This document shows, piece by piece, positions 53,654 through 63,280 of a stretch of 64,000 bases of DNA. This stretch comes from a virus (taxonomy: Duplodnaviria > Caudoviricetes): the IMG/VR virus record IMGVR_UViG_3300013126_000029, positions 572-64,571 of that record; one strand, 5' to 3'. Every line of letters begins with the position of its first letter. Within the stretch, counting starts at the first letter, position 1. Below the pieces are notes generated by a model. The model was not told the DNA's origin and did not search any database. It worked only from the letters and a program-made list of their open reading frames with translations. The translations under genes and the position numbers were made by a program.

Positions 53654-54427
53654 GTGAATGCGCTCACCATCGACGACCTGGTCAAAGCCGGGCTTCCGAC
53701 GTTCGATCTGGCGGTGGGCGGCACCTCGAACCGCCCGCGGGCGACGCCCCCGAAGGGGGTGATCGTCCACACGCCGGGCACCCCGTTCGCGCAACGTGCC
53801 TGGATGAGCGCACAGACGGCCAAGGGTGGGCAGAAGCCGATCCCGGCTGAATTTGACGTCGCGGCGGCGCGCCGCTTCGACGCGGCCCAATTCCAGCCGG
53901 GCTACCTGATCGGGCAGACCGGCGCGGTCTTCATCCTGGAGTCGGACGCGAAGCGCACCATGCACTCGGGCAAGCTCGGGGCCGACTCGCCGGTGGCGAA
54001 CGTGTACGCTTCGGGCGCATGGCGCGACTGGGCGAGCCCGTCGGACGGGTCAGGGTGGCATCGCCACGGTCGGCCCGGTCACGTCGTCTACGACTACTGG
54101 GACGTGGCTTGGCCAGGGGCGGCGACGCCCCTCGACGTCTATCCCTGGCGCGACCTGCCCAACGACTGCATCGGCATCGACCTGCTGCCCGAACCGAACA
54201 CCGGCGAATACAACGCGGCGCAGCGGTCGGCCTTCGTGCGCCTGGTGCGCCTGCTGGCGGCGGCGCACGGGTTCCCCATCGACCTGCGCCACGTCACGAC
54301 GCACACCCTAGCCTCGCCGGTCGAGCGCGGCACGGTGAAGCGGGCGGGCAAGATCATCGGCCGCCACTGGGACCCCGACTCGCGGGTCTGGGCGCACGCC
54401 GAGGTGGTGGCGGAGGCGGCGCGATGA
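53654..54427 (+). CDS. Endolysin, N-acetylmuramoyl-L-alanine amidase (Amidase_2-like)
   Basis: VIVHTPG, YLIGQTG, HSG, NDCIGID, VTTH, DP; GGAGG RBS; adjacent to holin-like genes. Confidence 0.8.
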   Translation: MNALTIDDLVKAGLPTFDLAVGGTSNRPRATPPKGVIVHTPGTPFAQRAWMSAQTAKGGQKPIPAEFDVAAARRFDAAQFQPGYLIGQTGAVFILESDAKRTMHSGKLGADSPVANVYASGAWRDWASPSDGSGWHRHGRPGHVVYDYWDVAWPGAATPLDVYPWRDLPNDCIGIDLLPEPNTGEYNAAQRSAFVRLVRLLAAAHGFPIDLRHVTTHTLASPVERGTVKRAGKIIGRHWDPDSRVWAHAEVVAEAAR

Positions 54428-54813
54428 TGGCCCGGCCCTACCCGTACCCAGCTCCGAAGATGGCCGGTTACCGCAAGCTCCTGGCCTTCGCCTTCCTGGC
54501 GCTGTGCGCCACGGTGTTGCAGATCCTCGGCCGCTTCGACCCGACCATCGCAACCTTTCTGGGCTCCATCTACGGCGGGCTTGTGGTGGGCAACTGGCGC
54601 GAGCACGCCGCGCAGGCGACGGCGCGGGCTGGCGTTGCACCCGGCCCTGCCCGGCCTGGCGACCCGGCGCCGTTTGCAGCTCGCGAGCCCTCCGACGATA
54701 CCGCCTTCGACCCGCAGCGGCCCGCGGTGGACCAGGATACGATGATCACCATGTTGGCTGACATGATGGCCGAGCGCGTGAGCGCGAACGCGCCCCGCAA
54801 GAGGGCCCCGTGA
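54424..54813 (+). CDS. Holin-like membrane protein (2 TM)
   Basis: Met-Met start overlapping the endolysin stop; RKLLAFAFLALCATVLQIL and IATFLGSIYGGLVVGN hydrophobic segments. Confidence 0.7.
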   Translation: MMARPYPYPAPKMAGYRKLLAFAFLALCATVLQILGRFDPTIATFLGSIYGGLVVGNWREHAAQATARAGVAPGPARPGDPAPFAAREPSDDTAFDPQRPAVDQDTMITMLADMMAERVSANAPRKRAP

Positions 54814-55433
54814 GATTCCTGCGATTCCTGCGAGCCCTGGCGCGCCTGCTCGGCTTGGCCGACCGTGCCGACGATGCCGACGCGCGCGACCGGCGCGCTC
54901 TCGAAGCGGCACGCGCCGCCGGCCGGACCGCCGGTGAGGTTGCCGCGGATGGCGAGCGCGCGGCGCGCGCGGCGCGCTCGCGGGCGGCCCGCTGTCGGCT
55001 CTGCGGTGGCGCCGGCTGCCTGAAGGTGCACGTCGATGATCAGGGCGCGCGATGCCCGCGCTGCCTGGGCTCGGGCGAGGAGTCTTCGGACTCTGGCCCG
55101 CCCCCCTCGGCGCCCGCGGTTGTCGTCGCCCTGTTGGCCTGGGGCGTCTGGGTGTCGCCCGCGGTCGCCCTGGGGCAGGAACCGATGCCGCCCCCGCTCT
55201 ACTGCGCGGCGCTCCTGGCAGGCCCAGACCCGGCGGACGTCTCCGGGCTGCAACGGGTCGTGAGTTGCGAGCGCCTGACGTCCTCCTACGAATTGAAGCG
55301 CAGCGCCCGCGCGCTCCGCCTGGCGCAGGAGAAGATCGGTGCCCTGGGCGAGCCGCCGAGTCGCCTGGAATGGCTGCTCTATGGAGCCGGGGCCGTTGCG
55401 GCCGTCTGGCTCGGCGCCTGGGCGGTCCGGTGA
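54810..55433 (+). CDS. Membrane protein with DnaJ-type CxxCxGxG zinc finger, in spanin position
   Basis: CRLCGGAG and CPRCLGSG; internal TM (VVVALLAWGVWV); coiled-coil; C-terminal TM. Confidence 0.6.
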   Translation: MRFLRFLRALARLLGLADRADDADARDRRALEAARAAGRTAGEVAADGERAARAARSRAARCRLCGGAGCLKVHVDDQGARCPRCLGSGEESSDSGPPPSAPAVVVALLAWGVWVSPAVALGQEPMPPPLYCAALLAGPDPADVSGLQRVVSCERLTSSYELKRSARALRLAQEKIGALGEPPSRLEWLLYGAGAVAAVWLGAWAVR

Positions 55434-55540
55434 ATCGCCAGACGATGAACGGGTATCAACTCGACGGCGACCCCGCGGTTGTCGGACGACGGGCAGATCC
55501 GGGAACGCTGTCGGCGGCAAAGTACACTGGAGGTGATACC

Positions 55541-55858
55541 GTGCCACGAACCGTTGTTTCTGCCGGACCACATATGATCGACCACGCTTCCTACTTCCCC
55601 TTGGTCGCCTTCACCCTCGGTTCCATGACCGGGATGGCCGACCTTCTGCGATCCGGCCGAAGGCTGGGGGGGCGGGTCTTGCTCGCCTCCCTGCTCTGGC
55701 ACGGGCTGCTGTCGATGGGGGCGGCGCTGCTGCTCTCCTCGCAGATCGACAACTACTTCATGCTGTACGGGATCAGTATCGCCAGCGCGGCAGGGACGTT
55801 CTCCCTGGCCGACATTCTCGCCGCGGGCATCCGCGCCAAACTCCTGCCCCCCAAGTGA
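55541..55858 (+). CDS. Second holin-like membrane protein (about 3 TM)
   Basis: GGAGGT RBS before GTG 55541; three hydrophobic segments and a basic C-terminus. Confidence 0.65.
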   Translation: MPRTVVSAGPHMIDHASYFPLVAFTLGSMTGMADLLRSGRRLGGRVLLASLLWHGLLSMGAALLLSSQIDNYFMLYGISIASAAGTFSLADILAAGIRAKLLPPK

Positions 55859-55930
55859 AACCCATGCGCAACAAGCTCCACGTCCCCTACGTCTCGTTCT
55901 CCGTGTCCATGGCGCTGTTCCTCGCCGCGT

Positions 55931-56416
55931 TCACAGGACTGGGCGGCTGACCTCGGCCGCGGCGCGCATCAGCTCGTCGTAGTCGAAACGGCGACCGAAC
56001 GCATCGCGGATGGTGATGAGCCTGCGCGACTGCCCCACCCGGCGGTTGTCGTAGATGCTGACGTGCGAGGGCACGGCCAACTCGCCACGCACGAAGGCGA
56101 TCCCGTCGGATGTCGGCCGGTAGGCGCCCCGGTGCTCCGGCTTTCGCTCAATGAGCCCCCAGTGCACCAGGTAGCTCGCGTCGGTGCTGGCCTTGCCGGC
56201 CTGGGCGCCGCCCCGCACGAACTCCCGGACGTGCAGGAACGCCCCGGCGCCACGTTTCGTGTGCTCTACCACCAGGCGCAGGAGGTTGAGGGCCATCTCG
56301 GCGTGCAGGCGACGACGGTAGACCCGGCAGAGTTGGCCGCAGCACGGGCAGTCCAGGGTCTCTCCGGCCGTGAGACGGGCGTTCAGATCGGCGCGGGCGT
56401 CGTCGAGAATCTTCAT
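55931..56416 (-). CDS. Phage protein with CPCC motif and winged-helix-like region
   Basis: GGAG RBS; MKILDDARADL...DCPCCGQ...YLVHWGLIE...YRPTSDG. Confidence 0.7.
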   Translation of the reverse strand: MKILDDARADLNARLTAGETLDCPCCGQLCRVYRRRLHAEMALNLLRLVVEHTKRGAGAFLHVREFVRGGAQAGKASTDASYLVHWGLIERKPEHRGAYRPTSDGIAFVRGELAVPSHVSIYDNRRVGQSRRLITIRDAFGRRFDYDELMRAAAEVSRPVL

Positions 56417-56559
56417 GGGGTCTCCGTGGAGTCGAAGAAGCCGAGCGCCCGTTCTCCCTCGGGCGTGATGCCGGTGAGCGGGATCGTCGGCTCGCGCGTG
56501 GTGGCCCAGTCGCGCACCCGGCGCAACATCTTGGCCTGTTGCGGGCTCAACCGGCGCAT
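56413..56559 (-). CDS. Small hypothetical protein (48 aa)
   Basis: GGAGAGG RBS; coupled to both neighbours. Confidence 0.45.
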   Translation of the reverse strand: MRRLSPQQAKMLRRVRDWATTREPTIPLTGITPEGERALGFFDSTETP

Positions 56560-57050
56560 GTGCACCTCTCCTCGTACTTTGTCGTTCCGCAGTCGGGACA
56601 CCCTGCGTGCTTGATGTAGAGCCCGCGGATGTAGGCCACGTCGGCCTGGTCGGCGTCCTCGGGAAGCTCCTCGACGATGGCCTCCCACCCCAGGCGGGCC
56701 CGCCGCAACGCCTCCGGCGGGGTCGGCTCGGGTTTCCCGCGCGAGCGGGCCAGGGCGCCACCGATCCGCGCCGCGAACCCTTCCCGCTCGCACAGGGTCT
56801 CGGCCAATTCCTCGACGAAGGCGCGGACGTCACCCGGCTTCGGCTGGTCTTCCCAGTCCTTGCCGGTCTGGCGCGACCAGGCGCGAGTGACGGCCTGGCA
56901 GGCGAGGTGTTGGCGGGACGTGTAGAAGGCCCCGTCGTAGACGCCCCGGTGATGGGCGTGTCGGGCGCCGACCTCGATGGGGCGGTTGCAGGTAATGCAC
57001 GGGTGCGGACGGCGAGCCCGCGGGGTCATGGTCATGTGAAATTCGGACAT
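56547..57050 (-). CDS. Phage zinc-binding hypothetical protein
   Basis: ARRPHPCITC...HLAC, a pattern common in phage proteins. Confidence 0.7.
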   Translation of the reverse strand: MSEFHMTMTPRARRPHPCITCNRPIEVGARHAHHRGVYDGAFYTSRQHLACQAVTRAWSRQTGKDWEDQPKPGDVRAFVEELAETLCEREGFAARIGGALARSRGKPEPTPPEALRRARLGWEAIVEELPEDADQADVAYIRGLYIKHAGCPDCGTTKYEERCTCAG

Positions 57051-57052
57051 CG

Positions 57053-57289
57053 TCAGGCCATCATGCGGGCGCCGTGGTGCACCATGCGCAGGCCCCGGAG
57101 GATTCCCTGCGGGCTCGGGGTGAAGTCGAGCACCTGCACCGAAAGCACCCGATTTACGTGGGCGGCGAGCATGGTGGTCAACTGGTTGCCGTAAACGCCG
57201 GCCCGAGCCTCGGCCACGGCCTGCGGTCTCGATTCCCAGGGGCCCCAGACCTCTGCGGCTCGCTCGCGCTTCTTCGCCTTGCCGCTCAT
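57053..57289 (-). CDS. Hypothetical protein (78 aa)
   Basis: Translationally coupled within the operon. Confidence 0.5.
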   Translation of the reverse strand: MSGKAKKRERAAEVWGPWESRPQAVAEARAGVYGNQLTTMLAAHVNRVLSVQVLDFTPSPQGILRGLRMVHHGARMMA

Positions 57290-57417
57290 GGCTTCTTCTT
57301 CTTCGGCTTCATCGCCTCCTGGATCAGCCGGTCGTTCTCTCGCGCCTCACAGATGAAACACCGCTTCTTCCGGTTCATCTCGGCGAGCGTCTTTTGACAG
57401 TCGATGCACTTCTTCAC
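57286..57417 (-). CDS. Small zinc-finger basic protein (43 aa)
   Basis: GAGGAG RBS; CIDC...CFIC; overlaps the sbcC stop. Confidence 0.55.
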   Translation of the reverse strand: MKKCIDCQKTLAEMNRKKRCFICEARENDRLIQEAMKPKKKKP

Positions 57418-60302
57418 GCGACTCTCCTCAAGATGTTTCCGTCCGGGCCGGGCTCGACGCGGATCAGGTGGGGCAGGCAATCGGCCACGTCGGGGATGTG
57501 GGTCACCAGGAGAACGAGCGCGAACTGGCGCTGGAGCGCGGCGACGACTTCCTTCATGGCCGCGATCCCGGTGGGGTCGAGGGCGCCGAAACCGCCCTCG
57601 TCGATGATCACGCACTCGATGGGCACGCCCTCGCGGTCGGCGAGGAGCCTGGCGAGACCCATGCGCAGGGCCAGGTTGGCGCGGAATTGCTCGCCCCCGC
57701 TGTAGTCCTCGTAGGGGCGGCGGCCGGCGTTGTCCTCGATGAGCACGTCCAGGGTCTCCCTGACCCCGTCGGTGGTCCTGTTGGCGCGCTGCGTCTCCAG
57801 GGTCAAGCGCATGCCCCGGCTCGACACCTGGGCCAACACGCGATTGGCCTCGGCCTCGATGATGGGGATCGCCCGCTCGATGAGCACGATGGCGGCCAGG
57901 TGTAGGGCCTCGCCGGTCTGCTGCCAGAGACGCGCCTCGGCGAGCTTCATCTCGATCTGGGACCGGCGGGCCTTCGTCGCCTCGTGGGTCTCCTCGGCGC
58001 GCTTCGCCACGGCCGCGGCCGTGGCGTGGCCGCGCTCGGCCGTGTTGGCCTCGCCCCGCGCCGTCGTCAGGTTCATCCCGGTCGTGGCCTGGTCCGCCTG
58101 AGCTTCGGCCATCTTGCGCGAGATCTCCGGGTCCGGGACGCACGCCGCGTGATCGGCCTCGGCCTGCGCAAGGTTGCGCTGGGTGGCGAGCTTGCGGGCG
58201 ACGGCGGGCCCGTGCTGGTCTTTGGCGGCCTCGACCGCGCCGCGGCGGGCGGCGACCGCTCGGGCCTCGTGCAGCTCGGCCCGGACGGCGTCGAGGGCGT
58301 TCTGGAGCCCGGCCAGATCCTCGACCGGAATGGTGGCCAACTCGTCTTTGATCTGCCCCCCGATCTTCTCGATACTGGCCATCTCGGCGGCCTCGGCGCG
58401 GGCGCGCTCGGCGGCGGCCCGCTTCATGGGCACGCTGTCGGCTACCCGGCGCACCTCGGCGGCCTGCGTCTCGGCCTGGCGCACAACCTCCTCCGCGGCG
58501 CGCACCTTGCGCTCTGCTCGGTCCACGTCTTCCTGGTAGGTGCGGCGCAGGTTCTCGCGCAGGTTCCGCGCGCTCTGCGCGGCGTCCTGCGCATCCTGGC
58601 GAGCCTGCTTGACGGCGGCCCCGTACTCGTTGCGCGTGCTCTGCGCGGCCTCGGCCTGGATGGTGGCCTGCTGGCGGGCGGCCTCGGCGGCTTCGGCGGC
58701 GGCCTGTTGGGTCTCCAGCGTGGCGCGCGCATGCACAAGCTCTGCGGCGGCGCCGCGGGCGTCGGCGAGCAACGGGCAGGTGCCGGCAAGGTCGCATTCT
58801 GCGGTCGGCCGCGGGTTGCCGCAGTCGTCGCCCACCACGTTCGTGTCGAGGGTGTGATCCGTCCAACGCTCGGCCTTCGTGCAGGGCACCTCGGCGAGGA
58901 GGGCCGTGCGTTTCTTCAACCGGGCGATCTCGGCCTCGGTCGCGGCCACCTCGCCCGCGGCGCGGCGCGCGGCGGTCTTGGCGTTCTCGTTGGCCTCGAT
59001 GGCCTGGGTGAGCGCGACTCCGGCGGCGTCCGCCTCTTCCTCGGCGGTCCGCACCGCGCGCTCGAAGCGGTCGGCCTCGGCGCGAGCGGCGGCCACGTCG
59101 GGGTGGGCGTCGATCTGGGTCAGGGCGCGGGTCAACCCGTCGCGCTCGGCCCGCTCCTCGGCCAGCTCGGCGGCGCGGTCTTTGGTGGCCTGCACATGAC
59201 CGTCCAGGGTGGCGGCCCTGGCCTCGGCCTCGGCCAGCCCGGCGGCCTGGTTCTGGGCCTCGTCGTGGCGCCGCTTGGCGGCCTTCCACGCCTCGCCCAA
59301 CTCCACCCGGCGGGCCTCCAGGGCGCGGCGGCGCTCGACGTTGGCGCCGGCCTGGCTGACCTGGGCGGCGGCCTTGGCCTCGCGCTTCTCGATGCCTGGG
59401 ATCTGCTGCTCGGCCTCCTCGACCTTGGCCCACTCAGCGGCGGTCTCTGCGAGCGCGGCAATCTCGACCTCGACGGCGGCGAGCTGCTGGCGGTAGCGGG
59501 TCACCTCGTCGGCCAGCTCGCCGCGCTTCTTCACCAGGCGGTGCTGATCGTCCTGGGTTACCCGCAACTCGACCACGCGGGCTCGGGCGGCCTCGTGCAG
59601 GCGCTCGCAGTCGGCCACGGCGGCCTGGGCTGTCTGGCATGTGCGCTCGGCTTTCTCGACCTCCTCGCGGGCATGGGCCAGCGCGGCGGCGGAGTCCACG
59701 CGGCCGTCCAGCTCGCGGCGCATTGCCTCGGCCTCGGTCTCCAGCGTGCCGGCCTTCGCGCGGGCCTGCCCCTGGAGAATGCGGTACTCGTCGAGGCGAA
59801 GGATCTGGCGCAGCACCTCGCGCCGCTCCTCGGGCTTGGCTACGCAGAAGCGCGCCGAGTCGTTCTGGAGCATGAAGGGCCCGTTGATCAGCGTGTCGAA
59901 GGTGATCCCCATCGCCCGGTCGATGATGGCCTGGCTGTCGCCCTCGCCACCGTCCATGTTTTTGCCGGTCTGCGGGGCCCAGACGCCGCCCTCGTCGCGC
60001 CAGACGTCGAGCGTGGACTTGCCCCGCCCCTTCGTCGTGCGGGTGCGCTTGACCTTCCAGCGGGTGTCGGCGGCCTGGAAGGTGACGGTGGCCTCGGCCG
60101 TGTCGGCCCCAAGGCGCACGACGCCGTCGGCGCGGCGCCCGCTGCGGCTCTCGCCGTACAGGCACCACAAAATCGCCTCGATCAGGCTGCTCTTGCCCGA
60201 ACCGTTCTCGCCCGCCACGACGGCGCCGCGGACGTGCTCGAAGTCGAGATCGGCGGTGCCGATGGCGCGGTAGTTCTTGGCCTGGACGTTCAGGAGTTTC
60301 AT
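57414..60302 (-). CDS. sbcC: SbcC/Rad50-like SMC ATPase
   Basis: Start re-chosen at ATG 60302 (GGAG RBS). GENGSGKS, Q-loop, long coiled coil, YSGGE, IIDEGGFGALD, VTH. Confidence 0.93.
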   Translation of the reverse strand: MKLLNVQAKNYRAIGTADLDFEHVRGAVVAGENGSGKSSLIEAILWCLYGESRSGRRADGVVRLGADTAEATVTFQAADTRWKVKRTRTTKGRGKSTLDVWRDEGGVWAPQTGKNMDGGEGDSQAIIDRAMGITFDTLINGPFMLQNDSARFCVAKPEERREVLRQILRLDEYRILQGQARAKAGTLETEAEAMRRELDGRVDSAAALAHAREEVEKAERTCQTAQAAVADCERLHEAARARVVELRVTQDDQHRLVKKRGELADEVTRYRQQLAAVEVEIAALAETAAEWAKVEEAEQQIPGIEKREAKAAAQVSQAGANVERRRALEARRVELGEAWKAAKRRHDEAQNQAAGLAEAEARAATLDGHVQATKDRAAELAEERAERDGLTRALTQIDAHPDVAAARAEADRFERAVRTAEEEADAAGVALTQAIEANENAKTAARRAAGEVAATEAEIARLKKRTALLAEVPCTKAERWTDHTLDTNVVGDDCGNPRPTAECDLAGTCPLLADARGAAAELVHARATLETQQAAAEAAEAARQQATIQAEAAQSTRNEYGAAVKQARQDAQDAAQSARNLRENLRRTYQEDVDRAERKVRAAEEVVRQAETQAAEVRRVADSVPMKRAAAERARAEAAEMASIEKIGGQIKDELATIPVEDLAGLQNALDAVRAELHEARAVAARRGAVEAAKDQHGPAVARKLATQRNLAQAEADHAACVPDPEISRKMAEAQADQATTGMNLTTARGEANTAERGHATAAAVAKRAEETHEATKARRSQIEMKLAEARLWQQTGEALHLAAIVLIERAIPIIEAEANRVLAQVSSRGMRLTLETQRANRTTDGVRETLDVLIEDNAGRRPYEDYSGGEQFRANLALRMGLARLLADREGVPIECVIIDEGGFGALDPTGIAAMKEVVAALQRQFALVLLVTHIPDVADCLPHLIRVEPGPDGNILRRVA

Positions 60303-60751
60303 CGGGTGGTCTCCGGGGCGCGGGCGCATGGCCAGTGAGGGGTCCAGATCGTCTCGGGCGGACCATCGGGCTGATCCTCCCAGGTCCACGCGAGGCCGGA
60401 AGCGAGCATGTAGGCGTTCAGCGTGGCGATCTCGCTGTGCTCGCGGTCCACCTGGGCGGCGTATCGCCCCGGCCGGTCAGGTCCATTTGGCACTGGCTCC
60501 ATGCGTTGAAACTCGGCCACCGTGATCGGCCTGAACAGGTGCTCGGCGTACTCCTGGGAGGTCTTCGACGAATTCAGTGGGTGGTCGTCGCTCCACTCGC
60601 CGATGTCACGTTCCTCGATGCGCGACACCTCGGGGGCCATGCAGTGGTTGGGGTAGTGGTTGTTTTCCAGGACCGACCGAATTTCGGCAGGCCCGATCTC
60701 GTCGAGGTCGAGGATCGTCAGGGTGACCCGGTAAACCTTCTTCGTGCTCAT
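60299..60751 (-). CDS. Hypothetical phage protein between sbcD and sbcC
   Basis: GAGGT RBS; ATGA overlaps at both ends; MSTKKVYRVTLTILDLDEIG. Confidence 0.65.
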   Translation of the reverse strand: MSTKKVYRVTLTILDLDEIGPAEIRSVLENNHYPNHCMAPEVSRIEERDIGEWSDDHPLNSSKTSQEYAEHLFRPITVAEFQRMEPVPNGPDRPGRYAAQVDREHSEIATLNAYMLASGLAWTWEDQPDGPPETIWTPHWPCARAPETTR

Positions 60752-62052
60752 CGGCCACCTCGCAGTTCGGCCACGCGGGCCAGGATGGAGTCGGTGTTCT
60801 GGGCCAGATCGGGGCGGCTCTGGCACGCCGCGCGCACCGCTCCCTCCATCCCCAGGATCTCGTGGGTGCTCTCGACGCGGGCTCGGCTCTCGCGCACGAC
60901 GGCGCAGTCGGCGCGGATGATCCACCCGGCGGTCTTGAGCTGGCGCACGCGGGTCGCGATGCGCTCGAAGACCTCGGGCGAGACGTCGCCCACCACGCGG
61001 TAGATGGTCTCTCCGCACAGATCGGCGAAGCTCGCCTGCTCGGCCTCGGGGTCGAACTTCGCGTCGAAGTCCTCCGCGGTGAGCGTGCGGAACTTGCGGG
61101 CGCCGGGGTACTCGATGAAGCGGTGCGCGGCGGGCCCGCCGTCTCCGGGCAGGTCGAACAGGGTGACGCCCTTGGGCTCGCCCTCCTCGCCGAAGTCGTG
61201 CGCGTCGGGGCTGCCCACGTAGCCGTGCATCGTCTCGGGCCACCCGCTGACGCCCTGGCGCTGGTGGAGGTGGCCCCAGGCCACCAGGTCGAAGGCGTCG
61301 AAACCGTCGCTGCCGATCTGGAGGTCGGAGATCGGCACGGTCTGGTGAGGGCGATAGGAGGCCCCGCGCAACGTGCCGTGCCCCAGGAGGAGCGCCGCCG
61401 CTCCTTGCTGGCGGACCTGGCCGGCCACGACGCGGTGGCGGGTGAGCACCTGCTGCAACGCCTGGCTGACCGCGGCGTTGACCGCGTCGGCGCCGCCCTC
61501 GACCTGCTCGGCCAAGTAGCTGCGCGAGGGGTAGGGCACCGGGAAGATCACGATGCTACCCGGCTCGCCGGCTGCGTTGAGGTCGAGGGCGCTGAAGTGG
61601 CTGACGCCGGCCGCGGAAGCCCAGACGTCACAGAGCACCGGGGCCGGTGTGTCGGCCACGTAGAGGCGCCCCGGCCGGCGGTTGCGCAGGGGGGCGAGCG
61701 CGTGAGCCTCCTCGCCGTGCGGGCGGTCGTGGTTGCCCAGGAGGAGCACCACGGGGGCCACCGTGCACCAGTCGTCGATGGCCTCGGCGGCCACGCGCTC
61801 GGCGGCGGGCGACGGCCTGGGCCGCTCGTAGAGGTCTCCAGCGTGCACGATGAGATCGGCCTCGGTGGCGCGCGCCACCTCGCCGACCCAACGCATCATG
61901 CGGCGGGCCTGGGCGAGCACCAGGGGCTCGCCGCTCTCGGAATCGACGGGGCTCAACCCCGCCAGGCTCATTCGGTCGTCAACGTGGGTGTCGGCGACCG
62001 CCAGGATGCGCAAGGGGCGCGTGACTGCCCCGGCGCGGAACGTGGTCTGCAT
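60748..62052 (-). CDS. sbcD: SbcD/Mre11-like metallophosphoesterase nuclease
   Basis: ADTH, AGDLYE, GNHD, GHG, GHLH, YVGS motifs. Confidence 0.93.
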   Translation of the reverse strand: MQTTFRAGAVTRPLRILAVADTHVDDRMSLAGLSPVDSESGEPLVLAQARRMMRWVGEVARATEADLIVHAGDLYERPRPSPAAERVAAEAIDDWCTVAPVVLLLGNHDRPHGEEAHALAPLRNRRPGRLYVADTPAPVLCDVWASAAGVSHFSALDLNAAGEPGSIVIFPVPYPSRSYLAEQVEGGADAVNAAVSQALQQVLTRHRVVAGQVRQQGAAALLLGHGTLRGASYRPHQTVPISDLQIGSDGFDAFDLVAWGHLHQRQGVSGWPETMHGYVGSPDAHDFGEEGEPKGVTLFDLPGDGGPAAHRFIEYPGARKFRTLTAEDFDAKFDPEAEQASFADLCGETIYRVVGDVSPEVFERIATRVRQLKTAGWIIRADCAVVRESRARVESTHEILGMEGAVRAACQSRPDLAQNTDSILARVAELRGGR

Positions 62053-62083
62053 GTGGTCCTCTGGTCCTCGAAGGTGTCGGTGT

Positions 62084-63262
62084 TCAGCGCAGGAAGTCGG
62101 GCTTGTCGTCGGTCGCGACGTCTGGGAGCGCGGCGAGCTTGTCGCGCACGGCGAGCCGGCGATGCGACGGCTGCTTGCGAATCCACGCCTCGCTGATCTG
62201 GTCCTGCCCTTCGCCGAGTTTGCCCTTGACCTCGGCGAGCATGATCAGCGCGGACGCCTGGCCGGCGTCGTCCAGATCCTCGAAGCGTGGCGCGGGCGGC
62301 CCGGCCGGCGGCAACTCTCCGGGATTTTCGGACGGTTGACCCGCGGGGCGCTCGTCGTCGTGCTCGTTCTCCAGGGCGTCGGCCATCGCGGCGACCTCAT
62401 CGGCGGTGAGGCGTCGGGCCCCGCTCTCGGGCGGCGGCGGGAGCTGCGCCGGCCCTCGCAGGTCGATGTGGTTCTGGGCTAGCGCCCGGCGCCCAAAGAG
62501 CTGCGCGACGTCCATCCCGGCCTCATGCGCGGTGAGCATCAGGGCGACCTCGCGGTTCAGCTCCGGGTCGCCAAACTCGCCGGTGAACACGGGCTTGAGC
62601 GCCACGAACGGCTTGCGCAGTTCGTCGTCGTTCATCGTCGCCTTGACGCCCAGCAGGGCGCGGATCACGCGATTCTTGGCCTTGCTCTCGGCCATGGCGG
62701 CGATGTGCTCGGCGGCCTGCTCGACCGCCTTCTTCAGCTCGGCTTCCACTGTGCCGGTCGGCTTGCGCTCGGCCTCGGCCTTGCGCACCCGCGTCTCGGC
62801 CTGGCGGCGCATGTTCTCGCGGGTGGGAGAGGTCGGGCGCAGGTCGATCTCCTTCTCGCGGGACTCCAGCCTGGCGGTGCCGTCGGCGTCCTTGACGGCG
62901 CCGGTGGCGCGGTAGCGGGCGTACAGCGGATCGCTGCCGTCGTCGAGGCGCCCGCTCTGCGCCGGAATCCAGGTCACGCCGGCCGCGGCGGCCAGGCGCA
63001 GGAGCGCCGACCCTTTGAGGGCGCGCTCCCGGCTGCCGGGGGGCGTGTAGGTGTCCTGCGACGGGTCGATGTTGACCGCGGCCACGTTGACGCTGAAACC
63101 GGGTCGCAACGTGCCGAGCGCGCCCATCGGCGTGATGAGGTTCACGTTGCGAGCGACGCTGTCCAGCATCTCGCGCAGCGCGTCCACGTCGCGGTGAGTG
63201 CCGACGGGTACGAGCGCGGTGACCGTCGTCGGTTTGCTCTGGGGTGGGGTGTTGGTTCTCAT
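62084..63262 (-). CDS. Hypothetical recombination-module protein (possible single-strand annealing protein)
   Basis: 392 aa directly upstream of sbcD; AESKAKNRVIRALLG resembles the 'A.T.A..RA' helix of SSAPs; acidic/Phe C-terminal tail (DDKPDFLR). Confidence 0.55.
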   Translation of the reverse strand: MRTNTPPQSKPTTVTALVPVGTHRDVDALREMLDSVARNVNLITPMGALGTLRPGFSVNVAAVNIDPSQDTYTPPGSRERALKGSALLRLAAAAGVTWIPAQSGRLDDGSDPLYARYRATGAVKDADGTARLESREKEIDLRPTSPTRENMRRQAETRVRKAEAERKPTGTVEAELKKAVEQAAEHIAAMAESKAKNRVIRALLGVKATMNDDELRKPFVALKPVFTGEFGDPELNREVALMLTAHEAGMDVAQLFGRRALAQNHIDLRGPAQLPPPPESGARRLTADEVAAMADALENEHDDERPAGQPSENPGELPPAGPPAPRFEDLDDAGQASALIMLAEVKGKLGEGQDQISEAWIRKQPSHRRLAVRDKLAALPDVATDDKPDFLR

Positions 63263-63280
63263 GGTCCTCTCGGTCGGTGG

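Noticed and set aside
51046-53823. 925-aa track ORF as a terS-terL fusion
   Set aside because: Its N-terminal third is an off-frame overlap of terS. The terL start fits GTG 52941 overlapping the terS stop.
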